Origin: Balanoglossus misakiensis
Taxonomy: Eukaryota > Animalia > Hemichordata
Assembly (NCBI GenBank): GCA_040954595.2
Contig: CM082598.2
Coordinates: 8,881,097-8,945,096 of the forward strand
Direction of reading: 5' to 3'
DNA: 64,000 nt
Of this stretch, positions 25,109-39,300 are shown piece after piece. The position numbers and the translations under genes were made by a program. The notes under the pieces are model-generated. The model did no database searches, was not told the DNA's origin, and saw nothing but the letters and a program-made list of their open reading frames with translations. Position 1 is the first letter of the stretch. Every line of letters begins with the position of its first letter.

Positions 25109-25490
25109 ATAAATCCAGCTATTCCATATCTTGGTGCTACCCCTGATCTTGTTGTAGATGGCTGTACAGAGCAAGATTCATTTGGCCTTGCAGAGATCAA
25201 AACATCGTACAAAGCAAATCAGTTAGGTCTGTCACCTCTACAGGCAGGTTCTCATCCTGATATGGTAAATTTTTGTTTGAAAAATACTGACTGTATGAGA
25301 TTAAACAAAGAGCATGATTATTTTTATCAAATTCAGGGACGGATGGCCCTCAGTGGCCTGAAATGGTGTGACATTATTGTCTACACAGGACATGGTGAAA
25401 TTTATGTTGAAAGAGTGAGATTCAGTCATGAAGTTTGGATTAAAGTCATGTTGTCAGTCCTCACCTCAACATACATTAAATTTGCACATT
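25109..25490 (+). pseudogene. C-terminal fragment of another YqaJ-family nuclease
   Basis: INPAIPYLGATPD...LAEIKT...YFYQIQGRMALSGLKWCDIIVYT...VERVRF begins immediately after the right TIR. Confidence 0.85.
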
Positions 25491-26369
25491 TACATGGGAC
25501 TTCTACCAAATGCTCAAAAGGAGGCGGTGGTTGCTGAATGTGGCAGGTTTCCTGTGTTTATTTTAACTTTAAAGCGTTGTATTAAGTTTTGGCTTCGTGT
25601 AATTGAACTACCTCCTTCTAGACTGCCACATCAACCGTATTCTATGCTTAAGAGGCTTGATCTACTGGGGCGACAAAACTGGCCAACTTCTATCAAACAT
25701 ATTTTATATTCTTATGGCTTTGGATACGTTTGGCTGGCACAGGAAGTTGGTGATAAGGACAGGTTCTTGCAAGAGTTTGATTTAAGACTAAAGGACGTTT
25801 TTAAACAAAAATGGTGGGAAGCTATTAACAAGAAACCGAAAACGCGTTCTTACATTGAATTTAAAAGCACATTAGATGTAGAAAAGTACTTGACTTTAAA
25901 ACTAGATTTAAAAACACTTCAACCATTTGCTTGTTTCCGCTGTTCCTGTCTTCTGTTACAAATAGAGGAAGGTAGACACGCTGGTATTCCCAGCACTGAG
26001 AGATTTTGTAAAATGTGCAACTCAAATAAGGTTGAGGATGAGTTTCATTTTTTCCTTGAATGTCCTGCTTTTGACAACTTTCGTTCATCGTTCATACAAA
26101 ATGAATTTTTCACTCACCCAAACAAATGTAAATTTCAACGTCTCCTACGAGTAACGGATGAGAATACATTATATAAGTTGTGTAAATTTGTTCATAAGGC
26201 TTTTAGGCGTCGCACAGAAATTCTCTCAAATGAAACTTAATTGTCTTCCTTTTTCCTGTCAAACAGTTCCTTTCATTTTCTGTTATCTATTTGTATATTT
26301 TTGAATTGTGGTTAACCTCCTTGCATATGGGCCGGTGGCCTTGAGACGCAAAAAACTACTACTACTACT
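25490..26369 (+). mobile_element. 3' fragment of an RTE-X-like LINE
   Basis: AECGRFP..., IEEGRH...ERFCKMC...VEDEFHFFLECP (CCHC knuckle). ORF ends at 26240. (ACT)n tail ~26356-26369. Confidence 0.85.
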
Positions 26370-28316
26370 GATGTAGCTATCCTCTCTGATAAGGGCGCCA
26401 TGGACAATTACATTTTCAAGCCATTTCAAGCCAAATATTATGCACTGTTTACGTGTGTGTCAAGATTAATAGATTTTTTCCTGTCTCTTGAGGTTGCTTC
26501 ATGGTTTTAGGGGGGGAAGGGGGGGGGGATTTTCATTTATTACCTTTAAATACAGCAAGAGAGTTTATTTAAAAGTGTAGATTGTGCATGAAAAGACAAA
26601 ACTCAAATACTGTCACTTTTCACTTAACATTGAAAATGTGAAATGTGTAAGAAAAAGGTTTAAAAATGCCCTACTACGATTCACTCGAAAAAGCTCAATA
26701 ACATGCTGGAGATATCTGCGAAATTCATCATTGGACACAAATTCGAAAAACCTTACTTAAGCGTTTTCAAACAATCGCTGTCTATGGTATACTGTGATCA
26801 CATAATCCCTACCGACTAAAAAAGTATGTTGACTTTGTATTTGCGTTTACCCGGGATGCTAATTATAATTTGACGGGAATTTGGTCGTCATTATTCTGAC
26901 ATTTTCGCAGGCTAAGGGGTGGACTATTTGATATTCGGGGAGTCAGAAAGACTTTCTGGTGCATTAAGTTTTCCATATGCTCCATTTTCAAAATATTTTT
27001 TTTGTATAAATCAAGCAATCTGCGTCCCCTACGATACCAAATGGTCCACCCCCGATCATGAATCATCCAATTCCCGTACTTATTTCTGGAAGTAGCCTAA
27101 CTCTGGTTGGATGAAAGGGTAAAAAGTTCTTAAACAAGGTCTCGGGGGGGGGGGGGGGGTCTGTCGGAGTGATTGGACTATCGGATAGGACCAGCGCACG
27201 ACTCGATAACGAAAGATGTATTATTCAACTGAAGCTTCACTGACATTGTCATACTGCGTCTCGGTTGTGGTCTCTCCGGTCAAGGTCTCGGAGCTACTGC
27301 CGTTCATGGTAGCCCTTCTCGGCGGAGTGGTGGGGACAGCCGCGGCCGAAATCCCCCTCACCTCATAAACGCCATTCGGTAATGGCGGCGCGTCGTACGA
27401 AAGTTCCATTCCTTATCGACATGCACAGCGACTGCCATAGAGTCTAATGTACCATGTGCCTACAGTATATCCTTACTATTAATACATACCAGGGAATATG
27501 TACATACTGGCTGACAACAAGCAGTTGCTGAGGGAGACTGAAATGGCATAGACAGAATGAAAGTACCAAATTATAGAAGGTATGGGAGCTTATTAAAATC
27601 AAAAGGACGAATAAATTCCCAGACCAGTGTGTTTTAAAAATAAGCTTTCATACGAAGTAAAAACATCACGTCGGTAATAGGAACCATACGTGTAAATTAA
27701 ACATTGGGTGCCTTTCAAGTGATATACGATGTATTGGTACATAAAGGACGTAAGGCTAAAATCCGATTAACACAAACAATCAGTCATGCATGTCTATTCA
27801 CGTAATCACACTTGCGTATAAATCGGCGATTTGCTTGCAGTGACGTCATGTCCGTTTTTCATAAGTTCTAGTTTTATATCCACAATGTTACATTATGAAA
27901 TATGTCTAGTCTGACATGTGGAGGCGCTAGAAAATATGGTGAGAAATGTCCTTCAAAATGACACGAGTTTATAATCACTCAAATAAATCATCAAAGTAAT
28001 TTACTTCGTGCTCTGAGATTTTCTAAAACTGACAGTACATTCCTCATGCAAGTTTACATCTGCGCAATCTATCAAAGAAAATGCCAAAGCGTTTGATCAT
28101 CGTATTTTGGGGCCACTGTATATTACCATTACCATATTTTGTTTTCGGTCTTGTGATGACTGATTTAGTGCCAGTCTTGGAAAAACACCGTCTGCTCATC
28201 GCCGAGATGTGAAGAGATGTGAAGGACAAACCCATATTTCCCTTATGCCCTTTTGCAAGATTTTTATTTCCTTCCACTTATATTTGTTTTTGAGTGCACG
28301 TTTTCCAGAATGCATG

Positions 28317-28450
28317 TTATAAAACATGGAAATGTTTCTGATCTTTCACTGAATTGTTCAAACCCGCACAACCTGCAGACCAATCACTCGCCAATTCAGT
28401 CTCCAAATACCGCCAGGGAGTATCCACAACAAGTTGTAAACTCAACGCCG
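28317..28450 (+). promoter_or_regulatory. Candidate TATA box and non-coding first exon of the astacin gene
   Basis: TTATAAAA at ~28317 and a strong donor CG|GTAAGT at 28450. The ATG exon begins with an acceptor 4 nt before the ATG, so an upstream UTR exon is expected. Confidence 0.4.
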
Positions 28451-28842
28451 GTAAGTACGTACACCACAGCCATTATTTCTCCGAAATTAATGTATCCCTG
28501 TACTGTGTGCATATATTTCTTGCCAGATCATTCTGCTATGTTGGCGTTCAAATTGAAAAGACAGATTATTCGGGAAGTTTTACACCTTACCTAAGGCTAC
28601 ACGTTTGATGGATAGGTGTTGCGAATGTTATTATTTACAATGCTTGTAATTTGGAAACAAATGGTTGATGTGTTCTTAGTCAACCAGGGAATTACCAAAA
28701 CTTTTTTTAACGACACACACCGGTTCATTCAACTGTGTGTTGTTAATCCATCCATGCACAGAACAACAAAAAAACTGTTTTAATTTTACGTCAGTTATGC
28801 CTGCCGTGCAGAGTTTCTTGCCACTAAAACAACTCAGTTTAA

Positions 28843-29577
28843 GGTGACATTGCATGAATAGTTGTCATTTTTGCCAGATTTTACTTTTTTACATAAATCG
28901 GTAGGTCTAATACTGATCCACATTCTGACAAATTCGTCTTGGCGAAAATGGTGCATAATCACCCGAAAATAGCACTTTTCTGAATTAGTCCACTGCTTCA
29001 GAAACAGGTGTCAACAATTCAAATGACCATCTTTCTCAGTTTGCATTTTCGCTGCTTTTGTCGACAACTTCAGAAGAATTTAGCTTCGCTCTGCGTTGAC
29101 CGAATTTGCCAAATTTTAACAGGGGATTGTGTATGACCCATCTAACAATACGAAAGCAAAATTTAGTTGATAAAGTGTCCCTGGCGGGAATAAACTCTGA
29201 TTCAATACAACTCACCGTGAATTTGATCGAATGTTGTAAAAATCTAACTTTCAAACGCTGTTACTCCTCAATGGAAGCAGATAACGCAAAACAAAATTAC
29301 AGTTTTTTGCACGTGTACTCTAGTTTCGAATGACATATTAAGATGCACGATGCATGGTCAACTTTTTTACCTAAATTAAATTTAATGACATAATATCAAA
29401 AAAATGGGTTTTTTAACCCATTAACGCCACCATTTCCGGGGGTCAATAAAATGTGCAACTCAAACAAAAGTTCAAAAACGCAGCTTCCAGAATATGTATG
29501 GTTTATAGGGGTTTTAACGTTGTCTTTGATGAGAAATAGGCCTCTGAAAAAGTCTTGACGGTTTCGTGCAATGACAC
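28843..29577. mobile_element. Non-autonomous TIR element (Kolobok-like)
   Basis: TTAA then GGTGACATTGCATGAA; the right end TTCGTGCAATGACAC is its imperfect inverted copy. Confidence 0.5.
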
Positions 29578-30309
29578 GAACTAACGATTCTTATTTAAGA
29601 ATTCGATCTTACACAACCATATACAAGTAACTACAAATTTGCTCTGGATTCTTACATGTCAAACACGTTAAACGTTACAGATTACACTTAGGCTAAAATC
29701 CACATCTCTGGTCCGGTTAAAATGCGTTTCCTTGGTGATATTTAAAACACATTAAAATCTTTAAACTTAACGGAGTACACTTATGGACAATGCCCATATC
29801 TCTGGCGCGGCAAAAATATGATTGAATTTGTTTTCTTAGGTGATATTTAAAACACATTATCGACACAGTGTTCAAATAGACCCATAGCCCGTAGGCATAG
29901 AGAAGGGAAGGATGTCTAATCAGCTGTCCTGATGCAATCTTAGGCGATAATTTGTAACAGTGCTAAAAAAACTTGGAATATATATTTGCGTGTCTCACTT
30001 TCACCCAATAGTGTCACGATGGAACCTTTAACAAACTCGCACAAAACATTTTGAGATTTTTTAAGACCATGTCATCTAGCATAAAGCTCGTCATTCACGA
30101 TTTTTGAAGCAATTTACGAACAATACTGCTCTGGGAGGATAAAATAATGTTCTGGATGCATTGGTGTACACAAGTAGATTTTGGAGACATCAACTGACAA
30201 TTTTTTTCCTATTCATCCTGGTAATATTCTCTATTCATCCTGGTTGCTGAAACACACTCTGCACTCACTATTTCACAAACACTACATTTCTTTTCTTTTC
30301 TTCAGGGAA

Positions 30310-33300
30310 ATGTATAGTCCGGGGTTTCTGTTCATTCTAGTGTCATTGTGTTCATTGGTGAACGGTAAGTCAATATAACATTGAAGAAACAGTACCCTAA
30401 AAAGTACATGTTAAGAATGATAAGCATTGTGCAGCACGTACCTGGCGACCATTTGCAAAAATGGCCGACCGCAAGATTGTTAGTCTTTCAATATGGTTCA
30501 ATTCCAGTATAAACTGTGAGTATGAATTTGAAGGTTTATGGCTGATTAGTCATCAATCTGTGTTCTCCACTGGACGCAAAGTGATTTCGTCTTTTTGTTT
30601 TACAAATGTTCATGTATGTGTACAGGCTTTGAATCTGTGTATATCTGTCTCCTTTGACAGTTTTCATTGGCTTTTCGCCCTCACCTCAAAATTGTCTCTC
30701 CTCGTCCGCACTTGTTTCCTCTCTGTACATTTTCCAGCTGCAAGTTTCCATAGAGAACAATGTGACATAGACGTCCATGGTGTGTGCTTTGTGGTGTCCC
30801 TGGACGTTGCATCATGGGAAGACGCGCAGTCTCGTTGTCAAGAGTTGGGTGGCAACCTAGCTGTACTTGAGAAGTCTCCTTTGAGAAATGCAGTTGATAT
30901 ACTCTTCGCAACGCAAGTACCATTGAATGTTTGCCATAGCCCGCTTCGCGAATATTTTAATACATGGCTGAACACTTTACAGCTTTTCATGGCTTGGTCT
31001 ATTTTTGCCATATCTTTTAAATACGTTTGCTGACACTAGAACAAAAATTGCTTTCTTTAATTTTTGCAATGTCATTCACAAAATTAGGTAACTGAGGAAA
31101 GGTCACATGACAATTCAAATTGAATTCTTATTTCTTGACGGTTCGTGTCACCGGCCTCGTATGTAATTTACTTAATGTCCTGAAAGTGGCAGGACTTCCT
31201 GGACCAGGTTGCCATGTCTTTTTAGCTCTGCTGTCACTTGTGTCAGCCGAGCTGTAGCAGTAGGTTGATAAGTGTCCGTCCGTCGTCCGTCGTCTGTCGT
31301 CCGTCAACTTTTGGTATTTCAATCTTCTTCTTTAAAACAACTTGGCATATTTAGATGAAATTTGGTTGGAATGTGTGTTATGGTGCCCTTACCTGATTTT
31401 GTTAATTTGGATTTTATGGGGTCATGAATATGCAAATTAGATCTAAAAATAGAAGTTTTGGTAAAAATCTTCTTCTCCACAACTACATGTACAATGGAGC
31501 TGAAATTTGGTAGGAATGTGTGTTATGGTGTCCCTACATGATTTTGTTAATTTGGATTTGATCGGGTCATGAATATGCAAATTAGATCTAAAAATCGAAT
31601 TTTTAGTCAAAAATCTTCTTCTCCATAACTACTCGTACGATGGAGCTGAAATTTGGTAGGAATGTGCGTTATGGTGCCCCTACCTGATTTTGTTAATTGA
31701 AATTTTGATGGGGTCATGAATATGCAAATTAGAATCTTGGTGCTTCCTTTTGATGTTGTTCTTTAGGATTCAATTCTTTCTTTCTTTAGCACAATGAATC
31801 AAGCAGAATTTGGATAAATACTTGTGATGTCTATTTTTGGTTTTTGTTCAATAGAATACAATTGTTATGAATTAAAACCTAGGGTATTCATATCATTGCC
31901 CAGGTTTCACTGTTAAAGTCAGCAGAGCTCTTTAACCGACAGGTCACTTGTTTGCCTAAACAGTGCCACAAAAGAACCCTGCATATTTAACAAACATATT
32001 CCCCCACAAACCTGTTTCAGTGATGTTCCTATGTGGCTCGGCCTCCGTGAGTTGGAGGTGGAGAACCATCCATATTGGGTGAACGGCAATAAACTCGGCA
32101 AACATGGCCGATTGAAACACTACCCCTGGAACAAGGGCGACCAGAATTCGGATGACAACGACTGTGTGTTGGCTGCGCCTGACGTTGGAAATGCACGGCT
32201 GCTGTGGCAATATGCAAATTGTGAAACAGCAAACCGATACTTATGTGGGATAAGTAATTTAGGTAAGACCTTCCATTATAACTGGCATCATCAAAGTGCA
32301 GACGCTTACCTGAGCCAATGATTCATCGTGTTTCTGTGGGTTTCAAAATGTTTCCAGCAAATGGTCAGCAACATGTGTTATCACATATATTCTTACCATA
32401 CACAATTTTTTGTAGTGTTTTCAAGGACAATGGTCGACGTCTTTCCCAACTTGTAGAAGATCATTGAAAATATACTGAATTTATCAGCTTATGGTTTCTT
32501 TTAAGATGAAAATGCCAAGGAACAGTTGAAGGGAGAAAACAACAAGAAAGAGGAGATTCGACAAGCTGAATTGAATTCCACTTTTGCTATTATTGAAGAA
32601 GAAAATAAAAACATTGGTGAGCATTGAAAGGTTTTAAAACACATTGAAAGATACATTTTTGTGTCAATTGACAACATTCATGGCATGATATGTAAACCCA
32701 AGGAACGTTGATAAAATAAATGACACTGCATACATGATGACCATGATGATGACAATGATTACTGTTACTGTTATCATTATTGTTATTATCGTCTTCTAGA
32801 TCAGACAATCTTAATCGAAGGCGACATCATGCTGACACCTGAACAACGGGCAACAATGAATCATGAATCCACAAGGTAAATTTCAGAAATATAGAAATAT
32901 ACAAACGACACTCAGGCAGAGACAGAATGATGTGAGAATTGTTTCTTGTTAAAGGTCTTCAGTTAACAAGTGGTAGATCAATCAATCAATCAATTAATTA
33001 ATCAATTAATCTCGTGTTTGTATGTATGTATGTATGTTTGTTTGTTTGTTTGTTTGATTGTTTTGTTTGTTTGTTTGTTTGTTTGTTAATTAATAAATTA
33101 ATTAATGTACCACAGGAAGAGAGGAGTCCACCTTATAAGTTTTTACTTGTGGCCAAACGGGATAGTTTACTACGAGTTTGACTCTAGTGTATTCTGTGAG
33201 TATGTCAGTTATAACATAACCCTATAATTAACATAAAACGTAATTCTTAAAGTGTGAGACTAGTATGAAACGAAGACGAGAGAGATACCGACAGACTGAC

Positions 33301-36300
33301 AGACATAGATTGCCGTGGGATGATTATTTGTGAAGCAGGAAAAGGATCTGAGGCAATAGTTTTCAGGACACAACACCACTGACAAAATTAACTTAAGACT
33401 ACCTAATGTAAAACCTATGTTTATCTTTTTCCCCCTTAAAGCGATTCACTATTGTATAAAATATGACCCAATAGCAGTGGTGAACGTGTCATTATAGTTT
33501 TATAATACTCATAATAAATGATCTATTTTTCTTTCAATTACTGTCCATTGATTAACAGCGGATACCGAAAAAGCAATGATTTTGGACGCTATGGACGCTA
33601 TTAGGGATGCCACCTGTATTGATTTTGTTGAACGCCACTATGAATATAATTACGTATTCATCACCAAAAAATCAGGGTAAGAACTATGAAAGCCTTAACT
33701 GCACTGCCGTCAAGCTGAAGCTGGGAGAGACAACGGTATATGTTTGCCCCTCTCAAATTTGCACCTCCACATCATTTCAAGGGAGGGTAATTTGCGTCAA
33801 ATATCAGTTGTTCTCAGTAGTTGACTCGCTTAGTGACTAAATTCGTTTTCCACCTAATTTGTATCGACTATATCCATCTTAGCATCGCACCGAAGTGGGC
33901 ATAATTAATAAGTAAAATTTAATTTCCACTACTAGTATATCAAAATACCACCAAGGTATCAAGATTATGTGTCAACACACCGGGAAGATTACAGTCATGA
34001 AGACAAACTATATATGTTGCGATCATAAATACCCCTTTTCCATTACTAACGTAGTTTTTTTTCTTACAATAGGTGCTACTCAAAAAGTAGTTTCTCACGT
34101 GAATGAACTTGTGCCTAAATGAATCGACGCAATGAAATGATCCGTGACGTATCTCGTGAGGACAGTCAGTTCTTATCTGGTTCATATTTTTACGATGATT
34201 TTTTTTTCAATAGGTGCTACTCATACATAGGCAAAGTAGGGGGAAGACAGGAGTTGTCCTTGGCAACAGGTTGTCTCCGACGCATCGGTGTTTCCATACA
34301 CGAATTTCTACACGCATTGGGTTTCTTCCACGAACAATCACGACCCGATCGGGACAACTACGTTGAAATCAACTACGACAATGTAAAATACGGTATTGGA
34401 AAATATTGCCTCAATTTCTGCCTTTTATTGCACACAAAGGGAGAGTGTTGTGGGCATTGTAATCAAATGTTGCCAAGACCTGTACATGTCCACTGCATTT
34501 ACAATTAATATAACGTGCAATAGATGGGTTTCTGCTCAGTGCGAGATCTCGCGAGAATACGTTAATTACTTTTTGTTCATAGCCAAGTAACACAGGTCAA
34601 GCTTTGTATGCAACTTTAATAGGTGGAGAGTTTAACAAAAATTGTCACTTTAGTGCCATTTAACAGGGTGGGCCAAGTGCATGCACGTTGTTTGTCCTGT
34701 GTCATATGAAAATATCATCCCCTGCAAACTGCCAAGTCACACGAGATCTCGCAGCTCTCTTGTAGTTCAGAAAATGCTCGTTTTAACAGTGGCCATTAGA
34801 ACCGATATGAGCATTATTTTTCTCGGTTTCTGTAACAAAACATACCAAATTACCAGCAAGCTATAATGAATATGACCAATCCACATTCAACAATGGTTGT
34901 ATTTTTCAGGATACCGGCACAATTTTCTCATACAGAGAATGAACACACAAAACACTAGCTATGACTATGGCTCAGTCATGCATTACGGCCGGTACACTTT
35001 CGCCCAAAATCGTTCTATACCAACGATTATACTGAAACAGCACAGCCGCGTCACTGTTGGCCAGAGAAATGGTTTGAGTAGTTCCGATGTCTATGAACTC
35101 AACAGGATATACAACTGCCAAGGTACCTATTGTAACACAAAACAGGAAGAAAGCGGAGGCCGAGAGGGGAGGCCGGTCTGGGGGTAGAGAGGGGATACTC
35201 CCGTAGAAAGGGTGGAGAGGGGGGTACTCCCGTAGAAAGGGGGTGGAGAGGGGGGTACTCCCGAATATAGGTATACGGGTAAGTGTAGTCCGGCTACGTC
35301 ACTTTTTTACTAGAAAATCCCTAAACAGAGGTCGACTTTTCATCGGAAAAAAATAATCATGGGGTGATAACACAGAACATGTCCCCTGCTTTCGAGATCT
35401 TCACATGCAAACGAACAACGGGCCGCTACATATATGACCAAAAGATATCCCAAATAATGGGTCAATTGTATATACCTAGATTTATGTTTTGAACCGGGGC
35501 CGCACACACTGCCCCAGGGAAGCAGAATGGATCAAGAGTTAAAGTGATTCAGCCTTGGGCTAAATATTCATGCCGGAAAAGTTGCCAATGTGGACAGGAA
35601 TGGCAAAAAGTACACTACAGGGGGAGGGGGCATAGAGTTGGATTCCGGGGTTACACATGTGCACGTGGGTTACAGGTATTACAACACGTACGTCCCCATT
35701 GTCAATCGGATGAGTCATCTTCATTTCAGTACCCGTCGACGGCAACTGGTGTTCTTGGTCCCCATGGTCACCTTGCCCAGTCACGTGCGGCCGATCAACG
35801 CAGACAAGAACCAGACAATGCAACTCTCCACCGCCGACCGATGATCCTGTTGGTCAGCCGTGTTTTGGCGATGGCATCGACACAAGAGCCTGTATGGATA
35901 TAATGTGTCCAGAAAAGCTGGGTATGTTTCATAGTGATATTTTAAAAGAAAAGTATATTATATTAGCGTTGATATATATATAGTACATAGATACTCAGCG
36001 CATTATTATCACAAAATACCAAAAACATATACGGAAATGGTTCTTTAGACAACCATAGAATTCTGTAGACATCCATATATTTTCCAATGAAGTTTACAAA
36101 ATGTATAAGGTCATCTACAGAAGTTCTATGTAGTTTTGGCCGTTTTTGCTTTTTAACTCTATGGAAATGTCGAAGTCTGTAGAATCCTATTGAAATTTGT
36201 AGAACATATTTTCATATGGTACGCAGCTTATTCTATAGAAAAACAATTGTTTTCAGATCGCATTCATTACCATCTCATATTTTCACAGATTACACATGGC

Positions 36301-39300
36301 TTGGATGTTACTTGGACGAGGGTGATGGCGAATTGCTAGCATCATTAGAAGATACCAATAACCCATACTTAATTGGTCCTTATAGGAGAAGATCAAATCC
36401 GGTTCAAGTTAGTCATTGAGTTGTATTCAAGTTGCAAATTTACATGAAGTAACGTGATCTTTCAATTTAAAGCGCCATATGCAGTAGAGTTAGGTTTCTT
36501 GCTTATATTGGCACGAGTGGACATCCCGAGTGTGTGTACATGTATCTGACATGTCTACACCATGGGGATTTATACTTGTCAAGTGAGACAAGGGTAGGGG
36601 GTCAGGCGTAAGAAAGAGTTCACCAAAAGCGGGCGCATTTAATCATGTATATAATTACTGTGCCACTGTTTATGCTGTGTACGAGCAGAGAAGCTTCAGT
36701 GTTCCGGTTATTATCACATGAACTGGCCCGTATAGCCACATGTGTGACGTAGAACAGGTCGAATAAAAAATCCGAATTTACCCCTGTTCTACGTCATCAA
36801 CCGGAACTATTTTCACTGATTCGCCCATCGCTATAACTTTCTTGTAAAACGGAATAACAAGTGCATGTACCCGTAGTTGTACATGATTGAATTAAAACTG
36901 ACGGTTCCGTAAGAATATCGCTCGGTAAAATCATGGACGTCCATGGTAAAATCAATACGAGATAGGTAGAATTTGAAAAGTCGACGCTACGATCGTGAAT
37001 GTGTGCTTGCAGCTAGCGAGCCTGGTCCCGAGCGATCCAGAATGTGTGCTTGCAGCTAGCGAGCCTGGTCCCGAGCGATCCAGCACACTGGATTTGCTTA
37101 CGGAAGATACGAGAATGGTTTCGAGCCAGCTGAGTGGAACGAATAAAACTCTGTATTCTGTCCACCGGTCAACGAAATGTATAAGACGTGGAAAAACGTC
37201 GCAGTTCATTTGTTTGAGAATCGAAAACATTTGTCAGTTTTCTGGTTTGGTGAAGTGTAGTGCCAAAGAAGATTTGAAGGATTCATGCAGATATGATGTC
37301 TGGTGGTGTACTATTCCAGTCTTTGATTGTTCTTGGAAAGAAGGAATATTTTCTGTAGTCTGTTTTGAATTTGGGAATTTTATAGCTTTTAAGTGAGTCT
37401 TAGCGGGGGTTGGAGATGCTGAAGATTGTTCATGGCAACAGTTCCTGTTGAAATTTTATATAGCATCGATAGTCTGGCTTCTTTTCTACGTTGTTCTAAT
37501 GATGTCCAATGTAAGGTATTTATCATGTTGTCAACACTAGAGCGATTTCGAAATCTGCCAGTCACGTAGCGTGCAGCGCGTCTTTGTGTTTTTTTCTAAC
37601 AAAGCTATGTCAGTCTGTTCATATGGGTCCCAAACAGTTGAGGCGTATTCAACTAGTGGTCTTACAAGTGTTGTATATGCCTTCTCTTTCACAGATGTCG
37701 ATCCTATGTTGAGGTTTCTACGGAGGAAACCAAGAGTTTAGTTTGCTTTATTGCATATTAAAGTAGTATGTTGGTGCCAATCAAGATCAGCTGTCAGTGT
37801 GCACCCTAGATACTTTTCGGATGAGCTGTGTTTGATTATCTTCCCGTTTAAGCTGTACTGGTTAATTATCGTTGAACGTTTCCTTGTTACTGACAGAACA
37901 GAGCATTTGTCTGGATGAAAAGACATTTTCCATTTGTTGGCCCACGCTGCTAGTTTGTGTAGATCAGATTGTAGTATTTGGGTATCAGCTTCAGATGTGA
38001 TAGTGAGATATGCTATTGTATCATCTATTGTATCATCAGCAAATTCTTACTGTGGAATTTAAACCTGTTTGAATATCATTGAGCCTTGTGGGACTCCCGA
38101 TTCAACTGATACAGTGTCTGATGATGTACCGTCTATCGCTACTTCTTGGGTACGTTGGTGGAGGAAGGATTGTATCCAATTAAGGGTTTTACCCCTTATA
38201 CCATAGTGATGTAGCTTGTGAACCAACAAATTGTGACAGACTCTATCAAGGCTTTGGAAAAGTCCATGACTAGGACATCTGTTTGTTTACCATTTTCCAT
38301 GTTTTGCGTCAAATCATCTATGAGCTCTAGTAGCTGAGTCTCATCCAGAGACTTGGCGTCAGCTTGTACACATCTGACCAGAGATAATTACTAGTACATT
38401 AATGTCAAGATCTTAAGTGGAGTGTCCTGCTTACATGAAACAATTCTAAACAAAAACTGCCTCAGAGGAAATTATTATTATTATAAACTTTATTTCGGAC
38501 TCATGGTCCATATTACGGTAAGACTAATTAGGTAAAAGGGAAAAAAATAAATTACATACATATCTAGAATACAAAAAGAAGCTTACTCCATAGGCTCAAA
38601 GTTTCAGAATTAAAATACAGTGTATCATGCACTTGCCGCACAATTACATTTTGGCAGTTCAAAAGTCGTTGCTTTAGACTAAAAATTTGCCTTCTAAGCA
38701 GGGCATCGAACGTATCTATTCTGTTCGTCCTAAATTCGCCCTCCAGTATAAAGATGCCATTCTTCACTGTAAAATATGGAGATATTACCATCCTCGCTCG
38801 TCCTTCGCCCTTTAGTATAGAGAAAAAGATGTCCTTCAGCCTAAAATATAGAGACATTACTGTATTTCGGCCTTTAGCATAGAGATAATCGTGTCCTTCG
38901 CCCTAAAATATGGAGATATGAGAACAGGGGCTCTCCCTCCGCGATTTTATTGTTTGTTTGTTTGTCGTTGATTGGCATAATAAACAAATACATATTTCTT
39001 TATTAATAAATATCGTTTGTTGACATGTAAGGGTTAGGGTATATTCAACGGTTAGGGTTAGTGTTGGGATTTTATTCGATCCACAGCCGGGCATCACTAA
39101 GCTACAAAGGGTGGGGGGGGTGTGGGGTTGGCAAAGTCGTACAACTTCTCGCCTACAGCTCGAAGTTGCACGGCTCCGCGAAAACCACTCGTATACGATG
39201 ACGTCAATTAAAGAAAAATATCATGGGATTTTATATAAGAATCGTATCGGTAAGAGACAGAAAGAAGAGCTGACAGACAACAAACTTATTCAGTTTCTAT

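Noticed and set aside
25428-26240. 270-aa ORF as a host gene or YqaJ fusion
   Set aside because: It is the 3' end of a LINE inserted at the end of the YqaJ fragment, in a different frame.
36997-37083. 43-bp tandem duplication and ORF 36995-37396
   Set aside because: A local duplication within repeat-derived intron DNA with no recognisable protein motif.
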